Of a stretch of DNA of 64,000 nt, positions 62,691 through 64,000 are shown one piece after another. The stretch comes from Takakia lepidozioides (lineage: Eukaryota; Plantae; Bryophyta), in contig CM060734.1 in assembly GCA_030704615.1 (NCBI GenBank), positions 30,690,001 through 30,754,000 of the forward strand, in the 5' to 3' direction. The translations under genes and the position numbers were made by a program. The notes under the pieces are model-generated. The model was not told the origin of the DNA, made no database searches, and saw only the letters and a program-made list of their open reading frames with translations. Position 1 is the stretch's first letter. Every line of letters starts with the position of its first letter.

Positions 62691-64000
62691 GATATACTTC
62701 ATGTGTCGATGTACAAAGGGGGTGGCGAGGACGGATGTGTACGAAAAGAAAAAGGGATATGAAGGAAGAGGGGCTGGAGTAGATGAGGGAAGGGAGGACG
62801 AAGGAGATGGAGGTCGCTTCTGACTTGCAAGTCTCACTAAGTCCTCAAGCCCCCTCACCGCGACTTACGAAGCAGAGAGAGTCTCCTTTACTCTATAGAA
62901 AATCGACGCGTGTCATTATAGAACTAAGAAATAATGCCATATAGGTTACAATTAATAAAAATGTCCCTGGGGGGGTCCAACCCACAGTCGTTAAAACAAC
63001 TCCAATTATCATAATATTAAAAATATCTATTTTCCTATTTTTTGGAAATCGACGTATAAATTGGCGCCAAACCCGCAGTGGTTTCGGCAACTTCTGATCC
63101 TCATCCGCCATGCCACCGTGGCCCCAATTTTGTGACGACTGGCAAGTCGTCATTCAGAACCTGGAGTCCAAGGCGCAGTCGTTTCGGACAGAATCGCAAC
63201 CGCGAGTCGGGTGTAAGAAGCACCTATTCCTTGTAGTGACACCAACCAACTGCAGCCTCCCAGACAAGACTTTGCTACAAAAATATGCTGGCTTGTAGAC
63301 CGCTACCTGTATGATACCTCCCCAAAAAAACCTCGCTCTCCCCTCAAACTAACACAAGCTTATACCCACAATATGATTTCCCCGGACATTCTCGCACTCC
63401 TCATGACACTAGAAGAGAAACCGGCTTTTTCCACGGGTATGCCATCTCACACCTGGCACATTCCACGGCTTTTATCACGGGTCTGTAGACTGAGCCAAGG
63501 TGTGGGTCTAAATATGCCCTAACTGTGGGGTGTCTCACATGTGGTCCACACCCCAGGCAAGAACGATGTGAAAACAGCCATGAGCGTGGCAGGGGTTGGC
63601 TTAGTTTACATGGCATGTTACACACCTGTGTGAAATGGGACCATACAATTATTTCCACTGATTGTGGTGTATGGGTTTAGTTAGTACTCCGCTGCAAATG
63701 GAATAAATCATGAACTTCAGAAATCTGCCCTCGGAAAGACGAAGAGGTGGTCGTCGCACTTTGCAATGTAAACCGAATGCAATGCAAGCTTAACAGTCCT
63801 CATATTATGATTGAAGGGAGTCAAATTAAGTGTGGCCATATCAGTGCAGGGACATAAATATGAATCATTCAACATTGTACAATGAAAACAGGGTAGAGCT
63901 AGTACATGGTACCTTTAAAACTTTTACAGAGTGCAAAAGGTTTAATTTTTTTTGCAAAAAATGATTGTAGGGTTTGCAAAAGGTTATTTTTTTAAAAAAG

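Larger units (their letters stand above)
55250..63238. mobile_element. Pack-CACTA element 2 carrying PPR-DYW and maturase fragments
   Basis: Perfect 13-bp TIR CACTACAAGGAAT / ATTCCTTGTAGTG, perfect 3-bp TSD ACA (55247-55249, 63239-63241), CGACT/AGTCG subterminal repeats. No transposase. Confidence 0.92.

Noticed and set aside
53425-62823. Plus-strand ORFs over PPR regions
   Set aside because: Antisense shadows of the minus-strand PPR repeats.

Overview
Eukaryotic, repeat-dense land-plant DNA, probably from a non-seed plant given the PLS/DYW PPRs, the intron-containing SWEET gene and the retroelement types. There is a 500-N scaffold gap at 4849-5348. Positions 1-35 kb are a nest of transposons. 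A minus-strand Ty3/Gypsy element (about 6.9-23.3 kb) is interrupted by two related Mutator-like elements (MULE-1 10234-18429 with a 9-bp TSD; MULE-2 23337->31943), and a second LTR family (LTR-A) occurs four times. The most striking system is in the two MULEs. Each pairs a MULE transposase gene (GCM-like/DDE/SWIM in MULE-2, only a SWIM-end remnant in MULE-1) head-to-head with a spliced gene resembling a bacterial beta-class DNA N4C/N6A methyltransferase. Each also carries 1-2 copies of an unrecognised ~185-aa protein gene and its own GGCGCC-cored palindrome, repeated in non-coding DNA at spacings close to whole helical turns. I infer a candidate transposon self-marking or anti-silencing module; this is not demonstrated. 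Positions 35-64 kb hold a foldback MITE, a frameshifted six-exon SWEET gene flanked by ~1-kb inverted repeats, an RLE-type non-LTR retrotransposon remnant, and two adjacent Pack-CACTA elements carrying PPR fragments (the larger also with a truncated DYW domain and a group II intron maturase fragment). All calls are by eye; no database searches were run.
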